From NCBI GenBank assembly GCA_951406725.2, contig OX597821.1, forward strand, positions 72,602,001-72,666,000: DNA of 64,000 nt, in the 5' to 3' direction. The notes beneath the pieces were generated by a model. That model was not told the origin of the DNA, made no database searches, and worked only from the letters and a program-made list of their open reading frames with translations. Shown here in pieces: positions 52,405-61,784 of this stretch; position 1 is the first letter of the stretch, and each line of letters starts with the position of its first letter. Position numbers and translations under genes: made by a program. The stretch comes from Octopus vulgaris (lineage: Eukaryota).

Positions 52405-53158
52405 AGAGCATGGGATGTAAAAAGGAGAGAGAGAAAGGAGAATAAACAAAGAGAGGAGAGAAACACATAGTAATGAAAAAGGGAGGAGGATATGAGGAAG
52501 TAGAAACACAAAGCAGAATTTATAAAAGGAAATAAAAAAAAGGAAAAGAAAAGAAAAGGAGGAAAGAGTGAAGAAGAGAGAATATACATAACTAGAGCTG
52601 TGTGTAAATCTCTATATCATATAAAGCTGAAGTTGTCTGTGTATGGCAGGTTTGGTAGCCTTTAACTAACACTATCTCCTCCGAGACCCTGAGTCACAAG
52701 TTGACCAAAATTGAGAGTATGATAGAAGAAGGCTTGCTCTTCATTCCGTAGAAGATAAAATTCAAATCAGACCATGTTAACACCAAAAATTATTTACATA
52801 AAAAAGGTGCTTTTTTTTTTATATGAAAATCCCTATTTTTTACGATTTTTTGACTGCTGTGTCGCCATTTTTCGGTGTATTTCAACCTGAAAAATGTTCA
52901 CTTAAAGAGAATAACAAGCTACATAATGAAAAATTTTTACTTTTTAAAAATTCCAATTCTAAAGGGTCGAAACAAACCCGAGCAACGCCAGGCGATACTG
53001 CTAGTATGAATATAATACACCGTTTTACTGGATAATTCTCTGTGAGTGTGTGTGTGTGTATACATATATGATGTGTTACTTACAATTCAGTTTCTGCTGC
53101 AGGTATCGTAACTTCATTGCAGTTCGGTAGGCAGCAAATCGAATATTATTAAACTCAC
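22449..53158 (-). CDS. Dystrophin-family protein (dystrophin C-terminal region / dystrotelin-like): EF-hand region, ZZ zinc finger, coiled coils; 14 coding exons, 5' end unresolved
   Basis: Exons 53084-53158, 48438-48642, 47123-47208, 45911-45990, 45523-45600, 42440-42551, 41384-41438, 40871-40982, 39894-40033, 39237-39432, 38481-38572, 36018-36195, 33491-34058 and 22449-22567 have canonical AG acceptors and GT donors with compatible phases (2096 nt, one open frame). Family motifs: NNIRFAAYRTAMKLRYLQ, EPQTLVWLPTLHR, ZZ finger CSIC...YRCLKCFKFDICQQCF. Confidence 0.93.
23045..23410 (-). mobile_element. SINE family 3 copy
   Basis: Reverse-complement match to 56458-56826. Confidence 0.82.
24050..24744 (+). 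mobile_element. Possible piggyBac-derived non-autonomous element
   Basis: Ends ggcagtcaacatg-TTAA; subterminal cgagttatctc / gagataactcg inverted motif; acidic MENELPEDDILESESESSD remnant. Confidence 0.4.
24924..25286. mobile_element. Penelope-like fold-back element (family A) with tRNA-like module and hammerhead motifs
   Basis: Arms 24924-25014 and 25162-25253 are reverse complements; tRNA-like segment 25019-25090; direct repeat tgagtttatttat at 24911-24923 and 25287-25299. Confidence 0.8.
24969..25014 (-). ncRNA. Minimal type I hammerhead ribozyme motif
   Basis: GACAC CUGAUGA A GGCUG gaggguauau CAGCU GAA ACGU U GUGUU: stem I, conserved core, stem II, palindromic ACGU stem III; variants at 25162-25207, 58021-58066, 59666-59711, 62338-62383, 62862-62907. 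Confidence 0.7.
25760..26050 (+). mobile_element. RTE 3'-tail copy
   Basis: Same tail, two internal units, (GAT)n end. Confidence 0.85.
28600..29600 (-). mobile_element. Old degenerate RTE-type LINE reverse-transcriptase fragment
   Basis: Minus-strand translation NIPTKILKEG...LPPYWKDVDVFTVFK...ISEDITAESRDCF...SIADMFFITQ...EKRREQHQDL*IIFVD follows the RTE RT motif order, with many stops. Confidence 0.7.
30375..30650 (+). mobile_element. RTE 3'-tail copy
   Basis: Same tail, two internal units. Confidence 0.85.
32790..33402 (+). mobile_element. RTE 3'-UTR copy with internal duplication
   Basis: cttgaggagacctattg block occurs twice, three cacgtaaaaag units, (GAT)n tail. Confidence 0.85.
33491..34058 (-). 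CDS. Large low-complexity exon with NG[F/Y] repeats, ending EAEEEMDKLVKKLRAFPQNHSYS
   Basis: 568 nt open frame, ttgtag/gtaagt, phase 0-1. Confidence 0.87.
34255..34573 (+). mobile_element. RTE 3'-tail copy
   Basis: Same tail with internal units. Confidence 0.85.
34574..34680 (+). mobile_element. Family B Penelope-like fragment
   Basis: Reverse-complement match to 6040-6148. Confidence 0.65.
35070..35280 (+). mobile_element. LINE 3' end (CR1/L2-like) with (ATT)n tail
   Basis: ASFK-like coding end, UTR, then caataatttcattattattatt tail. Confidence 0.4.
35553..35995 (+). mobile_element. Tc1-family internally deleted DNA transposon
   Basis: TIRs cagaggttggacaaaataatggaaacacc / ggtgtttccattattttatccaacccctg, TA on both sides; WPPQSPDLNIIEHLW...GVPIRY* transposase end. 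Confidence 0.92.
36018..36195 (-). CDS. Coiled-coil exon (NLYRQLAEIRDNG...DHNLRLNKQLNRVHVMLK)
   Basis: 178 nt, tttcag/gtaaaa, phase 2-0; DHNxxLxxQLxR resembles dystrophin helix 2. Confidence 0.9.
36310..36788 (+). mobile_element. RTE 3'-UTR copy
   Basis: Same tail, three internal units. Confidence 0.85.
37248..37448. repeat. Compound (GAG/GAT/GAA)n trinucleotide tract
   Basis: Directly visible. Confidence 0.95.
38010..38230 (-). mobile_element. SINE family 2 copy (variant tail)
   Basis: Matches 59735-59920. Confidence 0.8.
38481..38572 (-). CDS. Coiled-coil exon (ENRTPSPTETVALQQVQELQKIIRDLESENR)
   Basis: 92 nt, tttatag/gtaaat, phase 0-2; ELxxIIxDLExENR resembles dystrophin coiled-coil helix 1. 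Confidence 0.9.
38698..39062 (-). mobile_element. BovB-like RTE LINE 3' end
   Basis: FELWC*KRLLQIPWTARLTNGEVL...YFGHIMWRKSLEKDIMLGMVSGKRGRG*PRTHWLDTI; (GATA)n tail. Confidence 0.85.
39237..39432 (-). CDS. Ser/Thr-rich linker exon (STASTRRSTMYEEQ...VSVHNK)
   Basis: 196 nt, ttacag/gtaaga, phase 2-0, open frame linking the flanking exons. Confidence 0.82.
39894..40033 (-). CDS. Dystrophin-family exon (ASTKQDMKAFLITVRNNLSKKHRYKRRVKYLPVD...)
   Basis: 140 nt, ttgcag/gtaagt, phase 0-2; post-ZZ DxxxFxxxxxN...YLPV motif. Confidence 0.92.
40164..40376. mobile_element. piggyBac-like MITE end
   Basis: Terminates in aaaggg-TTAA; related fragment near 11355-11415; similar TTAA-cccttt end at 3140. Confidence 0.45.
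40871..40982 (-). CDS. ZZ zinc finger exon, part 2 (YRCLKCFKFDICQQCFFNGKTKGKHKLKHPLKEFCAV)
   Basis: 112 nt, ttgcag/gtaagt, phase 2-0. Confidence 0.95.
41384..41438 (-). CDS. ZZ zinc finger exon, part 1 (VKHEVKCSICKDFPIIGFR)
   Basis: 55 nt, tttcag/gtaagt, phase 1-2. Confidence 0.95.
42440..42551 (-). CDS. Dystrophin-family exon (SDCKYGISEDMFYAWLYKEPQTLVWLPTLHRIVTTES)
   Basis: 112 nt, ttcag/gtaaga, phase 0-1; EPQxxVWLPxLHR signature. Confidence 0.95.
43580..43800 (+). mobile_element. Possible degenerate non-LTR element zinc-knuckle region
   Basis: GTLHHMTSNC resembles the CCHC motif tail TLxHILxxC of RLE-type retrotransposons; highly decayed. Confidence 0.25.
44090..44435 (-). mobile_element. 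tRNA-derived SINE family 4
   Basis: Head gaaggcacatagctcagtggtt and body tgtgttcttgagcaag; related head at 50286-50530. Confidence 0.65.
45079..45408 (+). mobile_element. SINE family 3 copy
   Basis: Match to 56458-56826. Confidence 0.82.
45523..45600 (-). CDS. Dystrophin-family exon (IPDLIHEGMAYGGLNSTPALESCLQM)
   Basis: 78 nt, ttatag/gtaaag, phase 0-0; corresponds to dystrophin IPxxxxExxxFGG...SC. Confidence 0.9.
45911..45990 (-). CDS. Dystrophin-family exon (YFYEEISDPSTFIDCSVLSSFLVALMR)
   Basis: 80 nt, tttcag/gtgagt, phase 1-0. Confidence 0.9.
46538..46922 (+). mobile_element. SINE family 1 copy
   Basis: Full-length match. Confidence 0.88.
47123..47208 (-). CDS. Dystrophin-family exon (QRRGVVHALSVKTALAAMCGGQLGEKYK)
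   Basis: 86 nt, ttttag/gtatgt, phase 2-1; GxxxxLSxKxALxxxC...EKY motif. Confidence 0.93.
48438..48642 (-). CDS. Dystrophin-family exon, EF-hand region (LDLVPIDKVRSVF...SDLIQNFILNLYDR)
   Basis: 205 nt, ag/gtaagt, phase 1-2; NxxLNxYD motif. Confidence 0.93.
49266..49400. repeat. (GA)n/(GT)n microsatellite
   Basis: Directly visible; other arrays at 39726-39770, 40481-40523, 41281-41348, 52345-52400, 55578-55610, 55791-55870. Confidence 0.95.
49970..50154 (+). mobile_element. RTE 3'-tail copy (close to consensus)
   Basis: Retains CpGs; ends ggacgttaaacgatgatgatga. Confidence 0.88.
50540..50920 (+). mobile_element. SINE family 1 copy
   Basis: Full-length match. Confidence 0.82.
51582..51780 (-). 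mobile_element. RTE 3'-tail copy
   Basis: Same tail in reverse. Confidence 0.85.
52609..53004 (+). mobile_element. Non-autonomous Helitron
   Basis: A|TC 5' end, GC-rich subterminal hairpin (cccgagcaacgccagg), CTAG|T 3' end; second copy at 61392-61784. Confidence 0.8.
53084..53158 (-). CDS. Dystrophin-family exon (xEFNNIRFAAYRTAMKLRYLQQKLN)
   Basis: 75 nt, ttttcag acceptor, gtaagt donor, phase 1-1; matches dystrophin/dystrobrevin motif NxxRFxAYRTAxKLR. Confidence 0.95.
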
Positions 53159-54940
53159 CTGAAAATAAGTAAAAAGAAGTTGAAAATGAAATGAAAAATG
53201 GAAGAAGAGTTCTTGTGAAACCAGTTGATTCACTGGCAGACTGCTCATTAGACTCTCTTTCAATCAATATCATAAAACAATATTTTAAAAGGTATAACAC
53301 ACACACACACTTAAAAAGCTGAAATTTCTGGAAGGAACTACAAATAATAAAACCTGAATTTCAAAGAAATAGGGAAGAAATATTAAAATTGAGAATCTTG
53401 CAATAAAAGAAATGGATTAACTGAGAGTAGAGAGGGAAAGAGTAAGGAATGCATGGTGCTGACTAGAAAGGAAGAAAGGATAAAGGTGGCATCGTCTTTC
53501 TTGCGGCCGAAAGCTTCTCTTTTGTGTCAGCTATGACCAAGAAGCAACACTTTCCCTTCACTCTTCATTTGGCATATGAATAGAACAGTAGAGATGACCC
53601 AGAAATCATTCCCCTTCGATTACTATCACAAACAGTAGTAACTTTCTTCAACTGAACACATATTGTTGATTGGTTAAAATTACCCAAATATGACAACTTT
53701 AACATGAAATAACTTCTAAAACATGAACCGAAAGTAAATCGTGTTGAGTATGAGAAATTACACCAGTGTACGAAGTTTCAAATTGTTTAGTTAAAAAAAA
53801 AAATTTTTTTTAATCTGTGAGCGAAACTGAATAGATCCAAGCTGTCCAGGACTCAATCAACTGAAACTACCTTCAGATCTTAAAGGTGTGCTTAGATTCC
53901 AAGTAGAAAGCCACAGACACCAAACAGTGTAAAAGAACTCGATTCTGTACCGTTTCCTCAATCCATAGCAAAATACATTTGTTCTTACTTTAAAGTTATG
54001 TGGCTTGTTGGCATCAAGCATGTTTTTTTTTTTAACTCTAAAAAATAAAAAGTCTTTGTTCAAAGAATCCTGGTAAATATCCAAATTGGCAAAAGCCTGC
54101 ACCTTCTGTGAGAATGTAAATATGAATTAAAGACACAATGATATAAAGATAAGAGCCAAACCAGAATCTGAGACCAGACAATCAAGTAATCTAAAGACAA
54201 AAGAACAATAAATTTATCAAAAAATGGAGAAAAGCCTAAAAGCAAAACCTGGTCAAAGATAAGCTGTAGTCTTGGAGATGAATGTTTGGTTATAAATGTA
54301 GCAGAAAGAATAGGAATATGGACGAGAGGCCAAATTGGCAGGGGACCAGGCAATACTGTAGCCATTGTTCATTTAGTTGTGAATAGGCACCATGGGGTAA
54401 AAAAAAACAACTTTGCACAATAACAACAACAGCATTTTATAATGAATTAATTTTTTTCTTTTCAATGTTCATTTCAGTTTCTTTTGCATATGAATCTTAA
54501 AAGTTATGGACCTACCACAGCGTATGCGTTTTATAGATATTAACTGGTGCACATAATCAGGAGCTGATCTATTAGCTTAATCCTGTAATGTGACCGGATG
54601 ATAAGTGCTGGGTGGAAAAGTGCTGTGACACAGGGTCAAAAGAAACAGTTGCCATTTAGTTTCAGGTCAACCTTGATTGAGAATTTTAACAATTAAATAC
54701 CCAGGTTAGATACAGAACACTATTATCCAATGTGTCCTTCAACTTTTAAGTGGGGTGAGGTGTAATTCAAAGGAGATTTGTCTGCCATTTCTACCAAAAG
54801 GAGTGAGGTTCCATTGATACATCATGTCCATTCCACATCAGCAAATATTAAAATGATGACGATGACGATGCTCAATAAAGGATGCCTTAGTAGGACTGAA
54901 TAAAGTTAAAATACTCATGAAAAACAATTAGCCTAACCCT

Positions 54941-55172
54941 ACCTATTTCTTTACTACCCACAAGGGGCTAAACACAGAGAGGACAAACAAGAACAGACAA
55001 ACGGATTAAGTCGATTATATCAACCCTAGTGCGTAACTGGTACTTAATTTATTGACCCCAAAAGGATGAAAGGCAAAGTCGACCTCGGCGGAATTTGAAC
55101 TCAGAACGTAACGGCAGATGAAATACCGTTAAGCATTTCGCCCGGCATTCTAACGATTCTGCTAGCTCACCC
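54941..55172 (-). mobile_element. tRNA-derived SINE family 2 (Nin/Deu-like central domain)
   Basis: ggtgagctagcagaatcg...gagttcaaattccgccgaggtcgactttgcctttcatccttt...taaattaagtaccag; other copies near 9200-9370, 22085-22275, 42130-42320. Confidence 0.8.
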
Positions 55173-55573
55173 TACCGTGTGTACAATACCATTCCCTTAG
55201 CAGAAAGACCTTCACACCAATTAATGCCTGCCTTGGCAGGGTTTCCTACAGCTGTGTGCCCTTCCAAGGGCCAAAGGTAATTGTTATTGTTGTAGAGAAA
55301 CGGAAAGGGATGTGTGTGCGTTAATGTTTGTATGACTGAGACACAGAGCAGAAGAGTAAAGGGCTTTGTGATAATAAGAAGCATATTTAGTCATTACAGA
55401 TACAAGTATCCAGTAGTCAATAAAGCAAATCAGTAATTATGTTGATTAAAATATGTCTAATTAGATTATAGGATTTCTTACTAGATTAAGATAAGAGGAA
55501 AGGAAAAGATAAAAAAAAAAAGCAGGCCAGAGACAACTGAGAGGGTGAAAGGAGAGTGGAGGCAGAAAGTGAG

Positions 55574-55612
<39 letters not shown>

Positions 55613-55646
55613 ATGTACACACAGGAGGAGGAGGAGGGAAACTTGC

Positions 55647-55692
55647 CAGTTTGCTTTGATGTGGTAGAGTTCTTTTCAAATAATTTGTCCAT
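55647..55692 (-). CDS. Candidate first coding exon (MDKLFEKNSTTSKQT G) with GC donor
   Basis: ATG-started, ends CTG|GCAAGT in phase 1, compatible with the 53158 acceptor; no homology support. Confidence 0.3.
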
Positions 55693-55790
55693 TTATTGTC
55701 CATTCTTTGAAACAGCAAAAAGATTATCTGGAATGTTCATATTTATTTATTTATCTACCTAGCTTGACATTCTTTCTGTTCAATTCAGTG

Positions 55791-55835
<45 letters not shown>

Positions 55836-55837
55836 TA

Positions 55838-55869
<32 letters not shown>

Positions 55870-56457
55870 AACGACTGCCCAGTCCCAGTCCAGTCCGTTT
55901 GTTCTCGTTCCTCCCCTTATAGAAATAAATATCTCAAATGTAACATCAGAAGGAGGTTAGTTTAAAGGGATCTGTTCAAGAAAGGTTTACACTTTCCTCT
56001 GGCATTGCTAAGATAACAAAGCAACCGATGAACATCAATAAGAAATGACAGCAGCAACCACAACAACAACAGTAACAAAGACAAACTAAGGAGGGGGAGG
56101 AGGGGTGACTAATTGCTGGAAGGGAACTTGTACAGAGAGGGGGGGGCTGGGCTGCTGAAGGGGGTTTTCCATTAACATTCTCTGAGACACAAAAAGATAA
56201 CAGCAAATTATTATAAGGACTTTTTTAAAAAATCTTTTAAAACAATAAATTGTGAGAGTTTTCCATGGAAGAGTGGTGGTGGTCGTGGTGGGAAGTGACG
56301 GAGACTAAATAAATATATTTGATCTCGACAGTCAAAGTCTGAGAGCAACTTTTAAGATTATTATCACAGATCCGATTTACAGGGTGTACAACTGAATAAG
56401 GATTTAGTAAGGGGACTACGTTAACAAAGATACATCTGAATTATCGGCCAAACGCAG

Positions 56458-56826
56458 GGAGGCGCAATGGCCCAGTGGTTAGGGTAGCGGACTCATGGTT
56501 GTAGGATCGCAGTTTCAATTCCCTTACTGGGCATTGTGAGTGTTTATTGAGCAAAAATACCCAAAGCTCTACGAGGTTCTGGGAGGAGATGGTGGTCAAC
56601 CCTGCTGTACTCTTTCACCACAACTTTCTTTCTCTCTCTCTCTCTTCCTTCCTGTTTCTGTTGTACCTGTATTTCAAAGGGCCAGCCTTGTCACACTCCC
56701 CGAGAACTACATTAAGGGCACATATGTCTGTGGAGTGCTCAACCACTTGCACATTAATGTCACAAGCAGGCTTTTCCGTCGATGGGATCAACTGGAACCC
56801 ACGCCGTCGTAACCGACTGAGTGCCA
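56458..56826 (+). mobile_element. tRNA-derived SINE family 3
   Basis: ggaggcgcaatggcccagtggttagg A box, gtttcaattcc B box; copies at 45079-45408 and 23045-23410. Confidence 0.85.
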
Positions 56827-57597
56827 CGCATCACCTGACCACACCCAAATATCTTTCCTTTTATTTCTAATTCTTTGACGGTTATACAGGGACACCTGTT
56901 TGAGAAGGTGCAGAATCAAGAGCAGTAGTGACATGCTTTACTGGAGACTCTCTACACAATACCTATGCTAGCAATGGGAAATGGAGGTGATGACGATGAC
57001 GGTAATGATGATGACGAGGAGCTTACTGTACACAGTATTCAGGTGTAATACAACTCATTGAAAAAGAGAGTAAATTGCAAAGACAGAAAGTAGCAAATGA
57101 TTCAGGAAAGACAGCAATGATAGCCCAAAGTACATGTATTATTATTATTATTATTATTATGATTATAATGATGATGATGAAGAAGAAGAAGAATAGGTAC
57201 TGCTCTTATGAAGACTGAGAGCCTTTAAGGACAAAGGCTCCCAGTGTCACCACTAACGACACCCTAATTCATCTACAAGCTATTGAACTGTGACCAGAAA
57301 TCAGGTACAATGAAAAGATTAAAGTGAAAATGACTCAACCAGGAATCCAAACGATTTTGCAGACTTCGTTTGCTGAACAATCACCATTATAGAACTGACA
57401 ATTTGCAATTTGAAATATTCTTTTTAGTTTGTTTACTTCGTTGACAAGTTCTTACAGTACAGAAATCCGAGGAACAATTCTTCCAGTTAATGATTCTCAG
57501 GGAAAACCCCAAAGTTTAGAAAAACACCAAACTGGAATATGAAATTGAAACTTAAAGTGACCACCACTTTAAACATTCTCACAATATATTAGAATTA

Positions 57598-58146
57598 TAC
57601 ATTATTTACATTTGACAGATATTTGTCCTCATCTTGTTTGTTGTTAATACATTTTGGTTGATATACCCTCCAGCCTTTATCAGGTGTCTTCGGAAAATTT
57701 CGAACTTGGGTTCTCATTCCTAAGGTATTTTTGGATGTTATTATTATTATTATAATTCTGGTCATTGTCTGGAATCGAAGTCGGAATCTTGGGGTTAGTA
57801 GCCCATGCTCCTAACCACTATGCCATATACCTGTGGGCAATTATGGAGTGAATTTTAGGGCTTATAAATCTAATATTTTTCTATCTTTCCTTAAAATTAT
57901 ATTTATAAGCCCTAAAATTCACTCCATAATTGCCCACGGGCATATGGCATAGTGGTTAAGAGTGCAGGCTACTAACCCCAAGATTCCGAGTTCGATTCCA
58001 GGCAATGAAAATTTCCCTAAGACACCTGATGAAGGCTGGAGGGTACATCAACCGAAATGTTGTGTTAACAACAAACAAGATGAGGACAAATATCCATCAA
58101 ATGTAAATAATGTACATAATTCCTCATCTCTTAAATATCGAACTGT
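57598..58146. mobile_element. Penelope-like fold-back element (family A) with two back-to-back tRNA-like modules
   Basis: 57598-57869 is largely the reverse complement of 57901-58112 around a loop of about 31 nt; the right arm has a deletion. Confidence 0.8.
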
Positions 58147-58317
58147 ATTATATCATAATTGGTCCAAGACAATGGAATTGGTTAAAGTGACATAGTGTCA
58201 GACTGAATAGATGGATGCTTGGCAGAATCTAATCCCAGCATCTTGTGTTAGACAGACAATTCGTATTGTATGGAATGTATATTGAGTGTTCACAGGAAAT
58301 GAACATTTAAACATTAT

Positions 58318-59052
58318 CTTTTATCTTGTACTTGATTCAGTCACAGGACTGTGGCCATGCTGGAGCACTACCTTGAAGAGTTTTAGTTAAATGAATCGAC
58401 CCCAGTACCAATCTCTTTTAAAGCCTGGCATTTATTGATCTCTTTTGATGAACCTCTAAGTTACAGGGACATAAACACACCAATGCTGGTTGCCAAGTAG
58501 TGGTGATGGACATACACACACACGACAGGCTTCTTTCAGTTTCCAGTTTCCAAATCCGCTCAAGGCTTTGGTCAGCCTGAGGCTATAGTAGAAGACACTT
58601 TCCCAAGATGCCAAGCATTGGGTCTGAACCCAGAACCATGTGGTTGGGAAGCAAACTTGTTACCACACAGCCACACCTGCACCTATACTCTTTTACTTGT
58701 TCCAGTCATCTGACTAGCCATTTGAGCAAATTGACCCCAAGACTTATTCTTTGTAAGCCTAGTACTTATTCTATCAGTCTCTTTTGCTGAACCACTAAGT
58801 TACGGGGACGTAAACACACCAGCATCAGTTGTCAAGCGATATTGGGGGGACAAACACAGACATCCAAACATACACACACACATATACGATGGGCTTCTTT
58901 CAGTTTCCGTCTACCAAATCCACTCACAAGGCTTTGGTCAGCCCGAGGCTATAGTAGAAGACACTTACCCAAGGTCCCACACAGTGAGACTGAACCCAGA
59001 ACCATGTGGTTGGTAAGCAAGCTACTTACCACACAGCCACTCCTGTGCCTAT
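58318..59052 (-). mobile_element. Two tandem SINE family 1 copies
   Basis: 58318-58686 and 58687-59052 head-to-tail. Confidence 0.82.
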
Positions 59053-59617
59053 ATACACTAATATAATGGATTCCAAGGTATCCATAGGTAATGCTTCATT
59101 TAAACATTGATACAACATCAGATTCTGCTTTACTTATGATACATTTGACTTATAATTGTTGAAGCTTTATATGTGAAAATCTATTGTAATTTTCATAAAT
59201 TTCATGTAATTTATTAATAAAAATTATTTTACCAAGAAATAAAATTAAATTAGATTACAAAAATAAATCTAATGGTTTCCTTTGAGACCTATAAACTTTG
59301 TGAAACAACATGGAGCTGCCTTAAATGAGCAATCCTCAAAACTAATTATAATTCTCAAAACCAATTAGATAAACTTGATTATTAATGTTATTTCACGAGT
59401 CCAAAGGACAGCAATAGGTTGATTGAATTATTCCAGCATATCATGGTATATATTATTTTATTAATCACCAAGTCAAACACTAACAATAAATTTAAATCTG
59501 ATGAAATATGAACTCTGAATAGAATTACCAAAATTAAGTAGCAAAGGTATTTTAATCCACGATTTTTGTACATTTTAAATCTGGTAATATTCACAAATAT
59601 TTAACTTTATAAGTTTC

Positions 59618-59730
59618 TACATTATTTACATCTGATGGATATTTGTCCTCATCTTGTTTGTTGTTAACACAATGTTTCGGCTGATATACCCTCCAGCCTT
59701 CATCAGGTGTCTTGGGGAAATTTCAAACCT
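59618..59730 (-). mobile_element. Single arm of family A Penelope-like element
   Basis: Same sequence as the 24924-25014 arm; abuts a SINE. Confidence 0.75.
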
Positions 59731-59734
59731 CGCT

Positions 59735-59920
59735 AGGTGATATGCTTAGCAGTATTTCGTCTGTCTTTAAGTTCTGAGTTCAAATTCTGCTGAGGTCGAC
59801 TTTGCCTTTCATCCTTTCTGGGTCAATAAATTAAGTACCAGTTGCATACTGGGGTCGATCTAATTGACTGGCCCCTTCCCCCAAAATTTCGGGCCTTGTG
59901 CCTAGAGTAGAAAAGAATAT
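59735..59920 (+). mobile_element. SINE family 2 copy (variant tail)
   Basis: Matches 38010-38230. Confidence 0.8.
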
Positions 59921-60822
59921 TATTTAACTGCTAAAGCAATAGGTCAAACAACTTATGTACAAACGAGTACCTTCATCTTGCTAGTGTACCAATATAACCA
60001 TTATCTTCATTTGCTCATTACTCCCTCTTTCCTTAATGCTGTAGATAAACCTGTTCTTTCCATCCTCTTCCTCCTCCCCTAGCAGTTAGATCTACAGCTT
60101 CAATGAGGTCTCAAAAGTATTTTTATCCAGTACACCTATCCAACCCATGTGACAGTAGGAAAAAAAACAAAACAATGTATATAAATGATGATGATGATGA
60201 TGATGATGATGATGTACATGAATAAGGTGATTTTTTTGTTTGTTTGTTTTAAGTAATCATTTCAAGTGTTATCTTGAAATTAGAAAGGCCAACAAAATCT
60301 TTCTTTTCAGGAATGGCAGTCTTCATGACAATATAATTGTCAACAATTTACCTAACCTAGATGCTTGCCAAGAGATCAGTGGCACAAAGGCTACTTGCAA
60401 AGGCCAGGCAAATTTTCTAAATTCTAAGAGAACAACCAACACAAAACAACACTGCTGCACAACAAAGATTTTCTTCTAAGTCTATACAAGAACAAAAAAA
60501 AAAAGAGTTGATAAACACTGATATGAAAGTTATAAATAAGAACCACATGCTGAATGGGGTAAGTGATATGAATTGACATAAATAAACCTGTCTGAAATAT
60601 GATGTGCTGATAAGAAATAAAATGTGTTAGGAGTATCTGCCTTTCAGCACAAACATCAACAAACACACACACACACTTGTAAAGAATGTTCAGCCAGTTC
60701 CATAGCTTTTATCATCAATGGTGACATTGTGTTGAGTCCCTGGGCAAGATAAGGAGGGTCTTGTGCTTCAGCCACAGGATAGCTCAAGGGCAAGATATAA
60801 TAAAGACACCTGAGTGATTACT

Positions 60823-61045
60823 TGGTGAGCTGGCAGAACGCCGGGCGAAATGCTTAGTAGTATTTCGTCTGCCGCTACGTTCTGAGTTCAAATTCTGCCA
60901 AGGTCGACTTTGTCTTTCATCCTTTCGGGGCCGATAAATTAAGTACCAGTTATGCACTGGGGTCGATGTAATCGACTTAATCCGTTTGTCTGTCCTTGTT
61001 TATCCTCTCTGTGTTTAGCCCCTTGTGGGTAGTAAAGAAACAGGT
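60823..61045 (+). mobile_element. SINE family 2 copy
   Basis: Near-identical to the reverse complement of 54941-55172. Confidence 0.85.
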
Positions 61046-61391
61046 ATTATTCAGTTTTTTTGGCTCTCCGTTTGTGTACTCCCGGTCATCTGTATTGGAT
61101 GGAGAATGTGTGACTCATGGACATTTAGGATGCTTACCAAAGAGTGAGCTAGTGTTTAGTGCCACACAAAAGGAACTCTGTTATAGGAACTGAATGCTGT
61201 TGGTACCAAGCCAAATGTGTGGGAAGCTGCAGTCGCAGAAAGAAGCTGCAGTCGCAGAAAGTTAAAAATCAAGTACAGGGAAGCCAGACACCAACTTCCT
61301 TGTTGGACACAACTAGAACAAGCTATCATAACCTTTCTGAGTTCAAATCCAGCAGAGGTTAACCCTGCATTTTGTCCATCTGAGTCATAAA

Positions 61392-61784
61392 TCTCTATAT
61401 CTCTCTATATATAAAGCTGAAGTTGTCTGTGTATGGCAGCCTTCAACTAACACTATCTCCTCCGAGACCCTGTGGCGCAAGTTGACCAAAATTGAGAGTA
61501 TGATAGAAGAAGGCTTGCTCTTCATTCCGTAGAAGATAAAATTCAAATCGGACCATGTTAACACCAAAAATTATTTACATCAAAAAGGTGTTTTTTTTCT
61601 ATGAAAATCCCTATTTTTCACAATATTTTGACTGCTGTGTCACCATTTTTCGGTGTATTTCAACCAGATATTCACTTAAAGAGAATAACAAGCTACATAA
61701 TGCAAAATTTTTACTTTTCAAAAATTCCAATTCTAAAGGGTCGAAAAGAAAACAAGCCCAAGCAACACTGGGCGATACTGCTAG
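61392..61784 (+). mobile_element. Non-autonomous Helitron (second copy)
   Basis: Highly similar to 52609-53004, with the same TC...CTAG termini between A and T. Confidence 0.8.

Noticed and set aside
52823-53035. Repeated ORF MKIPIF... (also 61601-61810)
   Set aside because: Chance ORF within the non-autonomous Helitron
57938-58008. Possible functional tRNA gene (ACT at the anticodon position)
   Set aside because: Acceptor and T stems pair poorly, copies diverge, and it is embedded in a repeat
57588-58157. Target-site duplication around the 57.6-58.1 kb palindrome
   Set aside because: tattagaattata vs tattatatcata is too degenerate and AT-rich to accept
61223-61260. 19-bp tandem duplication gaagctgcagtcgcagaaa
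   Set aside because: Simple local slippage with no further structure
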